Positions 20,704-31,311 are shown, counted from the stretch's first letter. The stretch is DNA of 60,024 bases from Desulfotomaculum sp. (GCA_003485325.1 DMZI01000070.1:1-60024), one strand, 5' to 3'. A program made the numbers and translations. Notes: generated by a model not told the origin, from the sequence alone.

Positions 20704-22089
20704 CTATTTAAGAAACCTGAGAACTGGTCTTCTTTTTGCTTTTTTGCGGCTTAAGCCGTTCGCCGCCTCACCGCTGATGGCTACGGGGATAGTCTGCAGA
20801 ATAATCTTCAAATCCAGTATGGGAGAATAGTGACGTATATAGTAAAGGTCAAACCTTAATTTATCTTCGGCTGAAGTTGTATACTTTCCAAAAACCTGGG
20901 CCATTCCTGTGAGGCCGGGTTTTACAAGATAACGGTAACGGTAATCCGGCAATTCGTTGACAAATTGTTCAACGAAGAAGGATCTTTCCGGCCTTGGTCC
21001 CACGATGCTCATATTTCCCTTAATAACATTAAATAATTGGGGCAGTTCATCCAGGCGGGTAGCCCTTAAAAATTTACCCGCGCGGGTTGTCCGGGGATCA
21101 TTTTCAGCCGACAAAACCGGGCCGGTATGTTTCTCGGCATTGTGAACCATAGTGCGGAACTTGTACAGCAAAAATGGTTTCCCTTTCAACCCTACCCGCT
21201 CCTGTATATAAAACACCGGCCCAGGGGAACTCACTGCAACAACAACGGCACAGGCAGCCAAAACCGGCGCCATGAAAAGAAGGCATAATAACGCGAAAAA
21301 TAAATCGGTCCCTCTTTTTGCCGCCCTCTGCAAGACTGATAACCGGATGTCCCGGACCTCGACAACGGGCAGGTCATTAAGCTGAAGCATACTGCTGTGG
21401 CTCAACATTATATCATACAGATCGGGTACCAGATAAGCTTCACGGCGCGCTTCCAGGCAGTCTGTCAGAACTTTCGCCTTCTTCTCCCGGGGAAGCGAGG
21501 GTGAAAGCAAGACTGCATCAGCCTTTTTTAACAAACCGGGAAGCTGATCAAGATCCTCCGGTGTAATTACCTGCTGAACGCTGAACCAGGACCCCGGAGG
21601 GCAGACCAACTTTTCAAGAACTCCCGGAACTTCCAGGTCGCGTCCGATAACCAGCAGTTCCTGCCGCCCGTATAACCAGCGTTCGAAATACCAGAAGAAG
21701 TACCTCCAGACGCAGATCAGCTGCACCTGGATAAACATGGCCAGGACCAATACACTGCGTGGAAAGGCAAAACCACGAAACCAAAAAGTAAGCGCCATGG
21801 TTACAACCATAACACCTGCGATACCAGTAACAACGCCCCCGGTGATGGATGAAGGTCCGTTTCGCCGCCCCTGGTAAAGGCCCAGTCCGCCGAACAGAAC
21901 AAGGGTGGCCGTACCAACCCATGGAATAACCCTGGTAAACGGCTGCCAGTTAAACACCGGCACTTCAACCGGGAAACGAACGGCAAAAGCAAGAAAATAC
22001 CCGAGGAAAACCAGCATCAAATCTCCGGCAGCCAGCAGATAAGGCAGAAAAGGTTTTAGTATTCGCAACCGCTGCATCTTAACACCCAA
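20704..22089 (-). CDS. Polyprenyl-phosphate glycosylphosphotransferase (WcaJ/WbaP-like)
   Basis: Four TM segments plus KFRTM, RLDELPQ, GPRPE, KPGLTG. Confidence 0.93.
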   Translation of the reverse strand: MGVKMQRLRILKPFLPYLLAAGDLMLVFLGYFLAFAVRFPVEVPVFNWQPFTRVIPWVGTATLVLFGGLGLYQGRRNGPSSITGGVVTGIAGVMVVTMALTFWFRGFAFPRSVLVLAMFIQVQLICVWRYFFWYFERWLYGRQELLVIGRDLEVPGVLEKLVCPPGSWFSVQQVITPEDLDQLPGLLKKADAVLLSPSLPREKKAKVLTDCLEARREAYLVPDLYDIMLSHSSMLQLNDLPVVEVRDIRLSVLQRAAKRGTDLFFALLCLLFMAPVLAACAVVVAVSSPGPVFYIQERVGLKGKPFLLYKFRTMVHNAEKHTGPVLSAENDPRTTRAGKFLRATRLDELPQLFNVIKGNMSIVGPRPERSFFVEQFVNELPDYRYRYLVKPGLTGMAQVFGKYTTSAEDKLRFDLYYIRHYSPILDLKIILQTIPVAISGEAANGLSRKKAKRRPVLRFLK

Positions 22090-22138
22090 AGTTATTCATA
22101 AATTCCTCAGGCAGAAATACATTTATAGTTTCTCTATC

Positions 22139-22314
22139 CTATCCTGAAAATTAACATGCATTAGGGAGGTCAACTGCTAAGCGTGCTCATGTTCGCCTCT
22201 TATACTTGTACGAACTCGTTCATTGAATAAAATCGCACTTAAAGCATTGACCTCCCTTTATTGATGAATTTTCATCCTTTAAGCCGGCGTTGCTTTAAGC
22301 GGCAAGGATGTCTA
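22139..22314 (+). mobile_element. Structured repeat element copy E2 (176 bp, internally shorter)
   Basis: cta-tcctgaaaattaac...ttttcatcc...aaggatgt-cta; colinear with E6. Confidence 0.88.
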
Positions 22315-22322
22315 CTCTTGCT

Positions 22323-22763
22323 TTATTTCTCAGCAAGGTCCTTTTTTCTAATGATCGGCCATGTCTTCTGCCCGCAGATTACTTTTTCGGGATCGTCAGC
22401 TTCTTCAAAGTAATTCGTCAGGGACCACCATGCCGATCTGGAAAGGCGCGTGTCATCAGGCCATTTCAGTGTGATATAAGGCACATCTCCAACCAGATTT
22501 ACCGGTCCGTCCGGAAGTTCAATATCCCTTCCATCGGCTAATAAAACTCTTAATGTCCCGTCCTCCGGAACAACCTCAGCTGCAACAAAAGGCGTTTCTT
22601 CAACCTCTACCGGCATAGATTCATTGCCCAGGCAGACCAGAAAACCGCCATTTTCATCTTTTTGCAGGTTCTCCGCGAAAAGCATTGATATTTTGCGGTG
22701 TATTATAGGATTATAGTCAGCATACCAGGTTCCTTCCTTATCAATGCGCAGTATGGACACCAT
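22323..22763 (-). CDS. DUF1285-like protein
   Basis: RIDKEGTWY, LFAENLQKDENGGFLV, VEVEETPFVA. Confidence 0.65.
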   Translation of the reverse strand: MVSILRIDKEGTWYADYNPIIHRKISMLFAENLQKDENGGFLVCLGNESMPVEVEETPFVAAEVVPEDGTLRVLLADGRDIELPDGPVNLVGDVPYITLKWPDDTRLSRSAWWSLTNYFEEADDPEKVICGQKTWPIIRKKDLAEK

Positions 22764-22783
22764 TCTACCACCCGGTCCTTTAT

Positions 22784-23911
22784 TTAAGAATTGTATAGCA
22801 GTTCGTAATCCCGCACCATACGGGGAATCGCAAAATCTTTTTCGGCCTTATGGTACCCCGAAATGCCCATTTGTTTGCGCAGTTCAGGGTCTTTCAATAA
22901 CCCGATCAGATTCTTTAAAGCCCTACTTTTATCTCCGGGATCAACTAAAAACCCCGTTTCTCCGTCTGCAACCAGTTCAGGAATACCTCCGGTACTATTA
23001 GCTAAAACCGGCAGTTTGTTCAACATAGCCTCGATTATAGTCAGCGGCAGCCCTTCCCAAAGCGAAAAAAGGCAGAATACATCAAAATCTCCCATCAATG
23101 AGGCGGCGTTTTCCCTGCTTCCCAAAAGAAAAATACGTTTCTGCAGACGCTGTATATTTATGTATTTTTCGCACCGCTTCTTTAAAGGCCCGTCTCCGAT
23201 CATGACAAAATATATATTTGAGCTGATATCAACAGATAACAGATCCGACGCCAATTCCAGAAAATAAAGGGGGTTTTTTTGTGGGCTCAACCTGCAAACA
23301 GTCCCTACCAAAAGATCATCGATGCCCAAGCCCAGTTCAGCCCTCAAGAAACCCGGCTTCAAAATGCCGGCGCGGGGCACTCCATTATAAATAACAGTCA
23401 GCTTGGAAGGCGCTATATGTTTCTTTATGCCCCAATTAAAATCCGCCTTTGACACACAGACCACATTTGTGCTTATAATTGCGGCTGCCCTTTCCGCTGC
23501 CATATAAAAAATTTGCCTCAGCCTGCCTTGTTCCGGGGTAATTCCCCAACCGTGAACAGTAAAAAATATTTTCTTTGTTCCAGCCAGAAAAGCCGCCGCC
23601 CTGCCTAGTATTCCCGCCTTCGAACTGTGGCAGTGGACTATATCAAAACCCTCCCCGGCCATCAACCGGTTAAGTTTCCAGAGAGCGCACAGATCATTAA
23701 CTAAAGAGACGCTGCGGCGTAGTTGAGGAAGCTCGACAATTTTTACTGTATCAAGCTCTTTTAACCATTGAATCAATTCCCCGCCCGGACTGCAAGCTAC
23801 AGTAATTTCAAAATTATCCTGAGCAAGCCCGCGGACCAGATAAAAAAGTATTTTTTGCGCTCCGCCAAGCTCTGAAAGGGTAATTACCTGAAGTATTCTG
23901 ATCTTTTCCAA
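22784..23911 (-). CDS. GT4 glycosyltransferase
   Basis: GGAQ, HCHSSKAG, EGLPLTIIEAM; probable TTG start after GGAGG. Confidence 0.92.
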   Translation of the reverse strand: MEKIRILQVITLSELGGAQKILFYLVRGLAQDNFEITVACSPGGELIQWLKELDTVKIVELPQLRRSVSLVNDLCALWKLNRLMAGEGFDIVHCHSSKAGILGRAAAFLAGTKKIFFTVHGWGITPEQGRLRQIFYMAAERAAAIISTNVVCVSKADFNWGIKKHIAPSKLTVIYNGVPRAGILKPGFLRAELGLGIDDLLVGTVCRLSPQKNPLYFLELASDLLSVDISSNIYFVMIGDGPLKKRCEKYINIQRLQKRIFLLGSRENAASLMGDFDVFCLFSLWEGLPLTIIEAMLNKLPVLANSTGGIPELVADGETGFLVDPGDKSRALKNLIGLLKDPELRKQMGISGYHKAEKDFAIPRMVRDYELLYNS

Positions 23912-23979
23912 AAGTCCAGGCCTCCAAGACTGCCAAATAACTCCTGCCCCCAAAGATGGAATACATTTAAAATCATCTG

Positions 23980-24753
23980 TCAGGAGCCGTACTTGATCAA
24001 CTGTTTAAGGGCAGCCAGGCTGACCCTGGGCAATGCAGGAAGTTCACTCACAGCAAGATTAAGTATATTTGATAAAGAATAACTTTTTCTGTGACGCAGG
24101 CGCAGAATACGTTTAAGTTCTTTTCTCAAGGCGTTTGACGATTGGAGCATGTTGCAGTCATGCTTACGGTAATTAAACAATAATTCCGGAACATGATAAC
24201 CGCGCCAGCCTGCTTCCGCCGCCGATAACCAAAAATCCCAATCCTCATATCCGGTTCTCATTTCTTCTGAAAAACCTCCGGCATCCAGCCAAATTTTTCT
24301 CCTAAACATAGCGGAAGAAGGAATGTAATTCTCTACCAGCAGATGTAAACACGAATAAGATACATTACTCCAGAGTTTATTTTTTTTGCCGAACACTTTC
24401 GTGCCTGTATATACGAAACCCACTTCCGGCCTGGAAAGCAAAACGTTCAGGCAGCTTGAACAATACGACGGTTCAATAATGTCATCCGCGTCAAGACAAA
24501 CAATAAATTCTGAAGAAGTTTTTTCGATACCTGAATTACGCGCCCCCGGAAGGCCCGTATTCGGATGCCTGTAAATCACAAGACCCCGTTTCCGCAGATG
24601 ATCAAGCACACGAATAGTGCCGCTTTCTGTAGAGCCGTCATCCAGGATTAGCATCTCAGTTTTGATGTCCTGATTCAGAACGGATTGAACCGCTTCCTCG
24701 ATGTACTTCCCGTAATTAAAGCAGGGAATTACAACAGCCACCCGGGTTTCCAA
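23980..24753 (-). CDS. GT2 glycosyltransferase
   Basis: VVIPCFN, DDGST, LDADD, EDWDFW. Confidence 0.92.
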   Translation of the reverse strand: METRVAVVIPCFNYGKYIEEAVQSVLNQDIKTEMLILDDGSTESGTIRVLDHLRKRGLVIYRHPNTGLPGARNSGIEKTSSEFIVCLDADDIIEPSYCSSCLNVLLSRPEVGFVYTGTKVFGKKNKLWSNVSYSCLHLLVENYIPSSAMFRRKIWLDAGGFSEEMRTGYEDWDFWLSAAEAGWRGYHVPELLFNYRKHDCNMLQSSNALRKELKRILRLRHRKSYSLSNILNLAVSELPALPRVSLAALKQLIKYGS

Positions 24754-24774
24754 ATTTCCTCCCCTTAAAAAAAA

Positions 24775-26868
24775 TTAAGAAATCAATTTTTTGTAAATGC
24801 TTTGGTAACTGGAAGCCATGCTGCTTAAAGCGTATCTATCCAAAACGGTCTTTCTGGCCAGTTTGCTGATTGAGTTCCAACGTTCACGGTTAACCAGCAG
24901 ATCTTCTACTGCGTCAGCCATACCCCTGATGTCATGAGGATCAACCAGCAAACCGTTGATCCCATGAATTATTAAATCCGACCATCCTTCAACCCTGGAG
25001 GCAATTACCGGAACTCCGCAGGCCATAGCTTCCAAACCAATAATGGGCAGACCTTCAAAAAGCGACGGCGCCACTAGAATCTTCGTCGACTGCAAAATCA
25101 TAGGTATTTCGGTATTGCTGCGGCCCCCGGCAAGAAAAACCTTACCCGTAAGGCCCTTTTCACGAATCGCCTGCCTTAGGAGCAATTCCTGAGGCCCACT
25201 TCCTACCATTAGAAAAGTAATCTTATCTACATTTCTTCTAAAACACAATTCTTCAACCATCAGTAAAAATTCCATCGGTTGTTTTTCATTGGCCAGCCGG
25301 CCGATGAAAGTAACAATCTGATCGTTTTGTATATCAAGTTTATTTTTTACCCAATCATTCTTTCCGGGCTGAAACAGGTCCGTATTAACTCCGTTTACAA
25401 CAGTGCTGACTTTTTCAACGGAACACCCGAGAAATACCATCCACTGTGCCAAAGTATCGCTTACAGCAACGTGAAGATCAATATAACGGTCGTTTTTTAC
25501 CGCCACCCTGGGATAATCCCAGGGATCGGAAGGAGCGTATGAATGAACCAGCGATACCACAGGTATGTTGAACTTTTCCTTTATCCTGGGAAGCAGGCTG
25601 TAACCGTCAAGGCTGTTGCTGATTTGAATCAGGCGGACGTTTCTGGTTCTGATCAGATGCTCCAGAAAACTTAACTTTCCGTCAAGGCTGTTCTCCAGGT
25701 TATCGAGGTGAAAAACATCGTCCGTGTACTTGCAGAATTTTTCATGCCAGGGATGGTCATTGTGCAGCGTTGTCGCTACCACCGGATGAAAGGCAGTTTT
25801 TTCAAGGGACATAATTAAATCAAGATTAACTTTATCGGCGCCGCCCATCTCCAGCCAGGGAACAAGGTAGAGTATGCCGTCTTTCTTTTTCGCACACGAA
25901 ACCTCCAGCGGCGCTTGAGCTTCCAGTATACCTTTCGGCTTCGTGGTATTGCTTTTATATCTTTTTATCCTCCGGTACAAAGCAAGAGCGCCTGGAACAG
26001 CCTTAACCAGAGGGAAAAGCCTCCACTTAAGCCAGGCTAAAAAATCATGATCCCGCAAGACCAGCGCATCCCGCCAGAGGCGCCTTACTGCAAACCTGCC
26101 CAATGCGGATTCCTTGGCTTTTCTTTTCAGAATAATCCTGATACGGGACTTAAGAGTAACTGCCGGCGCATTGAAAATTCCCGGGTGCTTAGCCTTGATT
26201 ATACGCATAATTTCACCGTGTTTTTGCCGTTCAACCGTAAATTTAGAAACAGGCTTGACACGGTAATAAAAAAGAACCTCGGGTATAAGGAAAGAATTCC
26301 AGCCTTTTTCCAAAATACTCAGCCAGAAATCGTAATCTTCATACCCAAAAAGCATTTTGCCGTCATACCCCCCCGCATCTTCCCAGGCTTTTCTCCTGAA
26401 TAAAGAGCTTGCCACGGCGGCGTTACCCTCTCTCATCGATTCCACCGTAGCTTTCGGGGGGCGCCATGAAGAATCGTTGATCCCGAACTGGCGCAGCCAG
26501 ACAGTTACAAACCCGACCCGGGGAGAATTATTCAGAACCCAGGCGGCTTTTTCGAGATAAGTAGGACCAATTAAATCATCGGCATCCAAAGCAAGGATAT
26601 ACTGCCCACGGGCAATGCTGATTCCTGCGTTTCTAGCATTTGGGAGGCCCTGATTTTCCTGACGGATTACTTTTATTCCCTGCCGAACAGCCCACTCAGA
26701 AGCCAAACGGGTATCTTCATCCGTGGAACCGTCATCAACAATAATAATCTCATAATTGGCCAGCGTAGAACGCCTTACAGATTCAACAGCCTCGTATAAA
26801 TATTTCCCCTGGTTATAACACGGAATAACGACACTGACGAGTATACCCTGGTCCATCTTAAAGCGCAC
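24775..26868 (-). CDS. Bifunctional GT2-GT4 glycosyltransferase
   Basis: N-terminal GT2 (DDGSTD, LDADD, EDYDFW) and C-terminal GT4 (MGGAD, EGLPIIGLEAM). Confidence 0.9.
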   Translation of the reverse strand: MRFKMDQGILVSVVIPCYNQGKYLYEAVESVRRSTLANYEIIIVDDGSTDEDTRLASEWAVRQGIKVIRQENQGLPNARNAGISIARGQYILALDADDLIGPTYLEKAAWVLNNSPRVGFVTVWLRQFGINDSSWRPPKATVESMREGNAAVASSLFRRKAWEDAGGYDGKMLFGYEDYDFWLSILEKGWNSFLIPEVLFYYRVKPVSKFTVERQKHGEIMRIIKAKHPGIFNAPAVTLKSRIRIILKRKAKESALGRFAVRRLWRDALVLRDHDFLAWLKWRLFPLVKAVPGALALYRRIKRYKSNTTKPKGILEAQAPLEVSCAKKKDGILYLVPWLEMGGADKVNLDLIMSLEKTAFHPVVATTLHNDHPWHEKFCKYTDDVFHLDNLENSLDGKLSFLEHLIRTRNVRLIQISNSLDGYSLLPRIKEKFNIPVVSLVHSYAPSDPWDYPRVAVKNDRYIDLHVAVSDTLAQWMVFLGCSVEKVSTVVNGVNTDLFQPGKNDWVKNKLDIQNDQIVTFIGRLANEKQPMEFLLMVEELCFRRNVDKITFLMVGSGPQELLLRQAIREKGLTGKVFLAGGRSNTEIPMILQSTKILVAPSLFEGLPIIGLEAMACGVPVIASRVEGWSDLIIHGINGLLVDPHDIRGMADAVEDLLVNRERWNSISKLARKTVLDRYALSSMASSYQSIYKKLIS

Positions 26869-26871
26869 CTA

Positions 26872-27621
26872 TTAAATTGCCCCGCCCAGAAAAGCTGTGT
26901 ATTCAGCGACCACTTGTTCAGCAGCTCCAAAGGAGCGTATCTCGCCGCGATCAAGCCAGACTACCAGGTCACAAAGTTCCCGTACCTGGGCAGGTGAATG
27001 GGTTACGAAAATTATTGTCTTTCCCTGCTTCTGCAAATCTTTTATTCTGGCCAGGCATTTTTCCTGAAAGGCCAGATCGCCGACAGCCAGTACTTCATCG
27101 ATCAGCAATATATCAGGTTTCACATGTACTGCTATTGAAAAGCCAAGACGCATGTACATCCCTGAGGAATAGTTTCGTATAGGATTGTCGATAAAGTCCC
27201 CGAGTTCGGCGAACTCAATTATGTTTTTCAGGTGAAGATTAATTTCTTTGCGTGAAAAACCAAGTATTGACCCGTTTAAAAAAATATTTTCTCTTCCGGT
27301 AAAATCGGGATGAAAACCCGCTCCCAGTTCCAGAAGTGTTGACACCCTGCCGTTGATAAAAATCTCCCCACTTGAAGGATACAAGATACGGCTGATTATT
27401 TTTAAAAGCGTGCTTTTACCCGATCCGTTCCTGCCGATCAGGCCGATCGTTTTTCCCACTGGCGCCGATAGATTGATATTTTTCAGCGCCCAAAATTCTT
27501 CAACACGCTGCCTGCCCCAAAAAATTAACCGCTCTTTTATTGATCTTGTCCTATCCTGACAAATAAAAAATTTTTTCCAGACATCCGATATTTCTACGGC
27601 GTTAATACTATTCTTTTCCAT
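26872..27621 (-). CDS. wzt: Polysaccharide ABC exporter ATPase
   Basis: GRNGSGKS, YSSGM, IDEVLAVGD; no C-terminal carbohydrate-binding domain. Confidence 0.92.
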   Translation of the reverse strand: MEKNSINAVEISDVWKKFFICQDRTRSIKERLIFWGRQRVEEFWALKNINLSAPVGKTIGLIGRNGSGKSTLLKIISRILYPSSGEIFINGRVSTLLELGAGFHPDFTGRENIFLNGSILGFSRKEINLHLKNIIEFAELGDFIDNPIRNYSSGMYMRLGFSIAVHVKPDILLIDEVLAVGDLAFQEKCLARIKDLQKQGKTIIFVTHSPAQVRELCDLVVWLDRGEIRSFGAAEQVVAEYTAFLGGAI

Positions 27622-27623
27622 CC

Positions 27624-28436
27624 TTAAATCTCTTCTGCGACTGCCTTCTGAAAATGTTCAAAAATAGCCAGGCTGAGGAAAAGCAAAATTAAGCTTCCCA
27701 AAGCCAGGATGCCAAGGCTGTTCCATTCCGGCCAGGTCCCATAAAAGAATACGTTTCGGAATGATTCAATAACGGGGGTAATCGGATTTAAATAAAAAAA
27801 TGCTTTCAACTTTAATGGAATGATGCTGGCAGGATAAAAAACGGGAGTCAAAAAAAACCAGGCGGTTATAATTATTCCGGCTATGTGTTCCAAATCGCGA
27901 AAATATACATTTGCCACAGAAAGCAACAGAACCAGTGATGCAACAAGCAGAGTTTCCACACCCAGAATTAAAGGAAAGGCAAACAGGGCAGGAGTGAGCC
28001 GAACCTTAAAGATGATCAGCGCAGGAAGCAGGATTAACAAGCTCAGAAGATAATTGATCAGATTGGTCATTACTATAGATAAGGGAAGAACTTCCCTGGG
28101 AAAATATATCTTTTTCACAAGCGATCCGTTTTGCACTATGCTTACCAGTCCCTGGAGAACTGAACTGGCCAGGTAATTCCATGGAAGCAAGGCTACAAAA
28201 AGAAACATGGTATAGTTTTCTATCTGGACTCTCATCACAAAAGAAAAGACAGTGCTATAAATTATGAGCAAGAAAAGAGGATTAAAAAAGGTCCAAAGAA
28301 ATCCAAGAACCGAACCTTTATAACGGGTTCTTAGTTCTTTAGCCACCAGATTCTTCAGCATTTCCCTATATTCGTATATCTCCCTGACCTGTCGCCGCAT
28401 ACCATATCCCTGCTTTACCAATATTGGCTTAAACAT
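27624..28436 (-). CDS. wzm: Polysaccharide ABC exporter permease
   Basis: RYKGSVLGFLW, KKIYFPRE, TPVFYP, NPIT. Confidence 0.92.
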   Translation of the reverse strand: MFKPILVKQGYGMRRQVREIYEYREMLKNLVAKELRTRYKGSVLGFLWTFFNPLFLLIIYSTVFSFVMRVQIENYTMFLFVALLPWNYLASSVLQGLVSIVQNGSLVKKIYFPREVLPLSIVMTNLINYLLSLLILLPALIIFKVRLTPALFAFPLILGVETLLVASLVLLLSVANVYFRDLEHIAGIIITAWFFLTPVFYPASIIPLKLKAFFYLNPITPVIESFRNVFFYGTWPEWNSLGILALGSLILLFLSLAIFEHFQKAVAEEI

Positions 28437-28442
28437 TGACGG

Positions 28443-30992
28443 CTACTTGTTCTGTTTCGCTGGTTTCTGAGTTTCTCCAAAAGTTATTTTAGCTCCTGCT
28501 GTCAGCAATTTTAACTGTTGATATTCCTGGCGGTAAGATTGATTTATCTTTATAGCTTTTTTCAGAAATTCTTCGGATTCCAGCCTTTTCCCCTGATTAT
28601 CCTTTAGCAGGGCCAGCCAGAGAAAAGCCTCGCCCCGGATCTGGCCGTCCGCAGCGGCGTTCTGCAAATTCTTTTCAGCTTCCGGCAGGTTGCCGAGCAA
28701 TAAATGCGCCTCTCCCTGGTACAACTGTATACCCGGTGTAAGCGACAGCATGGGGCCGTCTCTCCACAACTTTTTTTCTTCCGCACTCAGGTTTGACATC
28801 CGGTTTGCGATAAGCGAAGAAACTTTAAAGGTTTCCTGCAGGTTCGACCGGGCTTGATCTTTCTTGCCCTGGGACAGTTCTGTTCTTCCGGCAAGGAAAC
28901 AAATTTTAGCCAGGCTTTCATACCCTTGAATGTCATACGGGGCAAATTCTACCCCCTGTTTGGCGTAGCTTACCGCTTGTTCAGGCTGCCCTGCATAAAG
29001 GGACACTACAGCCAGGTCATGCTTACAGGAAGAGCTGTAACGGCTTAACCCAGAGGCGCGGAGGGCTTCAGCCAGCGCTTTTTCATATTCCTGCTGATTA
29101 AAATAAAGGCTGGCCAGTTTTGAATGGTATTCGGCGCACAACGGATTCCGGACTGCAGCCATCTGCATATCCTGCAATGCTTTTTGAATATTTTGAGTCT
29201 GTTTCGCCGCATCGGAAGAATACATGTTAGCAGAGGCAAGGCTCATTCCCAACAAAAGAAATATTAAGCAAATAAGCGAAGAAATACTCAATATAACCGG
29301 GTTTAGGGGCTTTAAATTTCTTGCTGAGACAGCCGGTTGTTTCCCGGAATCTTTAGCTTTCCGGCGTTTCTTCTTTTTGCCTGCAGCAACCTTGGCTTCT
29401 TTTAACTGTCCAACTACCTGTCCGGATGGCTCCTGTTGATTCTGATCGGGTATCATATCCGCCCCCGGCATTGATTCCAAGACCCGCATACAGGCAAATA
29501 AGACCCATAAAACCATCGTTAGGGCGGATAAGGAGAGGTCAAAATCAATTAAGGCATGCCCCCCGACTACCAGAGCGCTTGCAAACAAAGTAACAACCAG
29601 TACACGCCGGTTGCCGTCCGGTAACGACTTGTGGTAAACGCGGTGAGACAGCCAGAAAAATGCCGCCCAGATACCCAGGACAACCAGCAGCCCTATTATG
29701 CCTGTCTCGACAGCCACTTGAAAGTAGTAGCTGTGAACCTCTTTGGAATTGTATAAGTAATGCTGGAAGGAACGGTAGGCCTCTTCCCAGCCGCCCCCTC
29801 CCCAGCCCAGCAGGGGGCGGGCTTTAATCATGTCAAGCGCATCTCTGACGAAGTAGAACCTTTCAAAAGCGTTGCGCAGGTAACTGAAAGAAATTATTTT
29901 TTTGACCAATCCGGGATGCATGGCTGTGCCGGCTGCCGCAGCCGCTATAAACACAATTCCCGTACCCGCCAGGGTCCAATTTGTTTTTAAACGGGATTTC
30001 AACCACATAAGCATACCTTTAGCCAGCAAAAAGTTGTATAAATATTGTAAAACGGCAAGGATAACTAACCCTGCGAAGAACCACAGCCAGGCAAGACCCA
30101 TCCGCTTGGCCTGGGCAAGAGCGATAAATTTATAGATAACCGGATAAGCGATAACGCCGGAAATAAGCACATTGATTAATACGGGCAGGCGTTTGGACCA
30201 GTTCAGTATCGCAAGATAAACTATAAATGCAACCGCTGCCGCCAGGAGCCCGCCGCGTGACTTGGCTCCAAAAAGAACAACCAGAAGAGTGAAATTGATT
30301 AAGATGTACAGGTAACCATAGGGCTTTATTCTTTGGAGCCATCCTGGCAGTATCTGTTTAAGAAAACGGTCAGTAACAGTATCCGCAATGGACAGAACAC
30401 CGTACCTTTGCCAGAAAAATAAACCCAGAAATAAAGCTGTGGCCAGGTAACTTGAAAGAGCGTTGGGATATTGAAAAGATGAATAGATCCTGCCGTTTAA
30501 AAAACCGTCCTTAATAGAAACGAGGCCGGTGGCGGTTGCCAGCCCCGCCATGGCTACGCCGAAAGCCGCCAGATAAATGGCGTTCAGTATCTGGCTCAGG
30601 GATCTTTCATCCTTAATCAGCTGCACAACCAGCCAGTAGACTGAAAAGTAAAGAATGTTTTTGATAAATTCATCAAGGGCTAATCCATAGTTGGCCGCAT
30701 TGACCGCAGAAAACAAATAAACCACGGGAAGGGCGGCTATTAAGTAATCAAGCGGATGTGACAAAAAGTCATATTCCCTTTCCGCGTATTTCCAAAGCCA
30801 GGCAAACCAGACCAGGATGGAAGCCAGAATAAGAAAAAACTGCTGATCCGTATTAAAAAACAGACCCCTTAAAAAGGGCGCCAGAATAAGGATTCCCGCC
30901 AATCCCCAAAAGGCAACCTGGTGAGTCCAGGGCTTAGGGATTAAGGATATTGACTGAGTCTCTTGTCCAAGCTTGAGCGTAGCTTTTGCCAT
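28443..30992 (-). CDS. O-antigen ligase-like (Wzy_C) membrane protein with C-terminal TPRs
   Basis: FQYPN, SRGG, GWGGGGW, VHSYYFQVAVETGIIG; TPR-like helical C-terminus. Confidence 0.85.
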   Translation of the reverse strand: MAKATLKLGQETQSISLIPKPWTHQVAFWGLAGILILAPFLRGLFFNTDQQFFLILASILVWFAWLWKYAEREYDFLSHPLDYLIAALPVVYLFSAVNAANYGLALDEFIKNILYFSVYWLVVQLIKDERSLSQILNAIYLAAFGVAMAGLATATGLVSIKDGFLNGRIYSSFQYPNALSSYLATALFLGLFFWQRYGVLSIADTVTDRFLKQILPGWLQRIKPYGYLYILINFTLLVVLFGAKSRGGLLAAAVAFIVYLAILNWSKRLPVLINVLISGVIAYPVIYKFIALAQAKRMGLAWLWFFAGLVILAVLQYLYNFLLAKGMLMWLKSRLKTNWTLAGTGIVFIAAAAAGTAMHPGLVKKIISFSYLRNAFERFYFVRDALDMIKARPLLGWGGGGWEEAYRSFQHYLYNSKEVHSYYFQVAVETGIIGLLVVLGIWAAFFWLSHRVYHKSLPDGNRRVLVVTLFASALVVGGHALIDFDLSLSALTMVLWVLFACMRVLESMPGADMIPDQNQQEPSGQVVGQLKEAKVAAGKKKKRRKAKDSGKQPAVSARNLKPLNPVILSISSLICLIFLLLGMSLASANMYSSDAAKQTQNIQKALQDMQMAAVRNPLCAEYHSKLASLYFNQQEYEKALAEALRASGLSRYSSSCKHDLAVVSLYAGQPEQAVSYAKQGVEFAPYDIQGYESLAKICFLAGRTELSQGKKDQARSNLQETFKVSSLIANRMSNLSAEEKKLWRDGPMLSLTPGIQLYQGEAHLLLGNLPEAEKNLQNAAADGQIRGEAFLWLALLKDNQGKRLESEEFLKKAIKINQSYRQEYQQLKLLTAGAKITFGETQKPAKQNK

Positions 30993-31311
30993 CTATTACG
31001 ATACCCCTCTGACAAATTTATTGATTAAATAAGGATATTTCTCCGGCATCTGACTGGATTCCTGCTCATAAAACATTTTTTTGAATTACTGTAATAAAAA
31101 CGGGTGTCCCCCAAAGAAAACCAAAGCTCGTTAAATAAATAAGCATTAAAATGTTTCAAAGTTTCAAAACACTTTTGTATATACCAGGAATAAAAAGGGC
31201 CCCATATCTTTTTAAAAGACGGGCCCTTACAAAACTCCCTTAACATATAGGGACTACCCTTTTGTAAATTAGTAAACGCAATCCGTTCCTTTAAGAAAAA
31301 TCTCAATTGCT

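Noticed and set aside
31025-31306. 93-aa ORF between the coiled-coil and ligase genes
   Set aside because: AT-rich, no SD or motif, and it spans a terminator-like inverted repeat (agggccc/gggccct)
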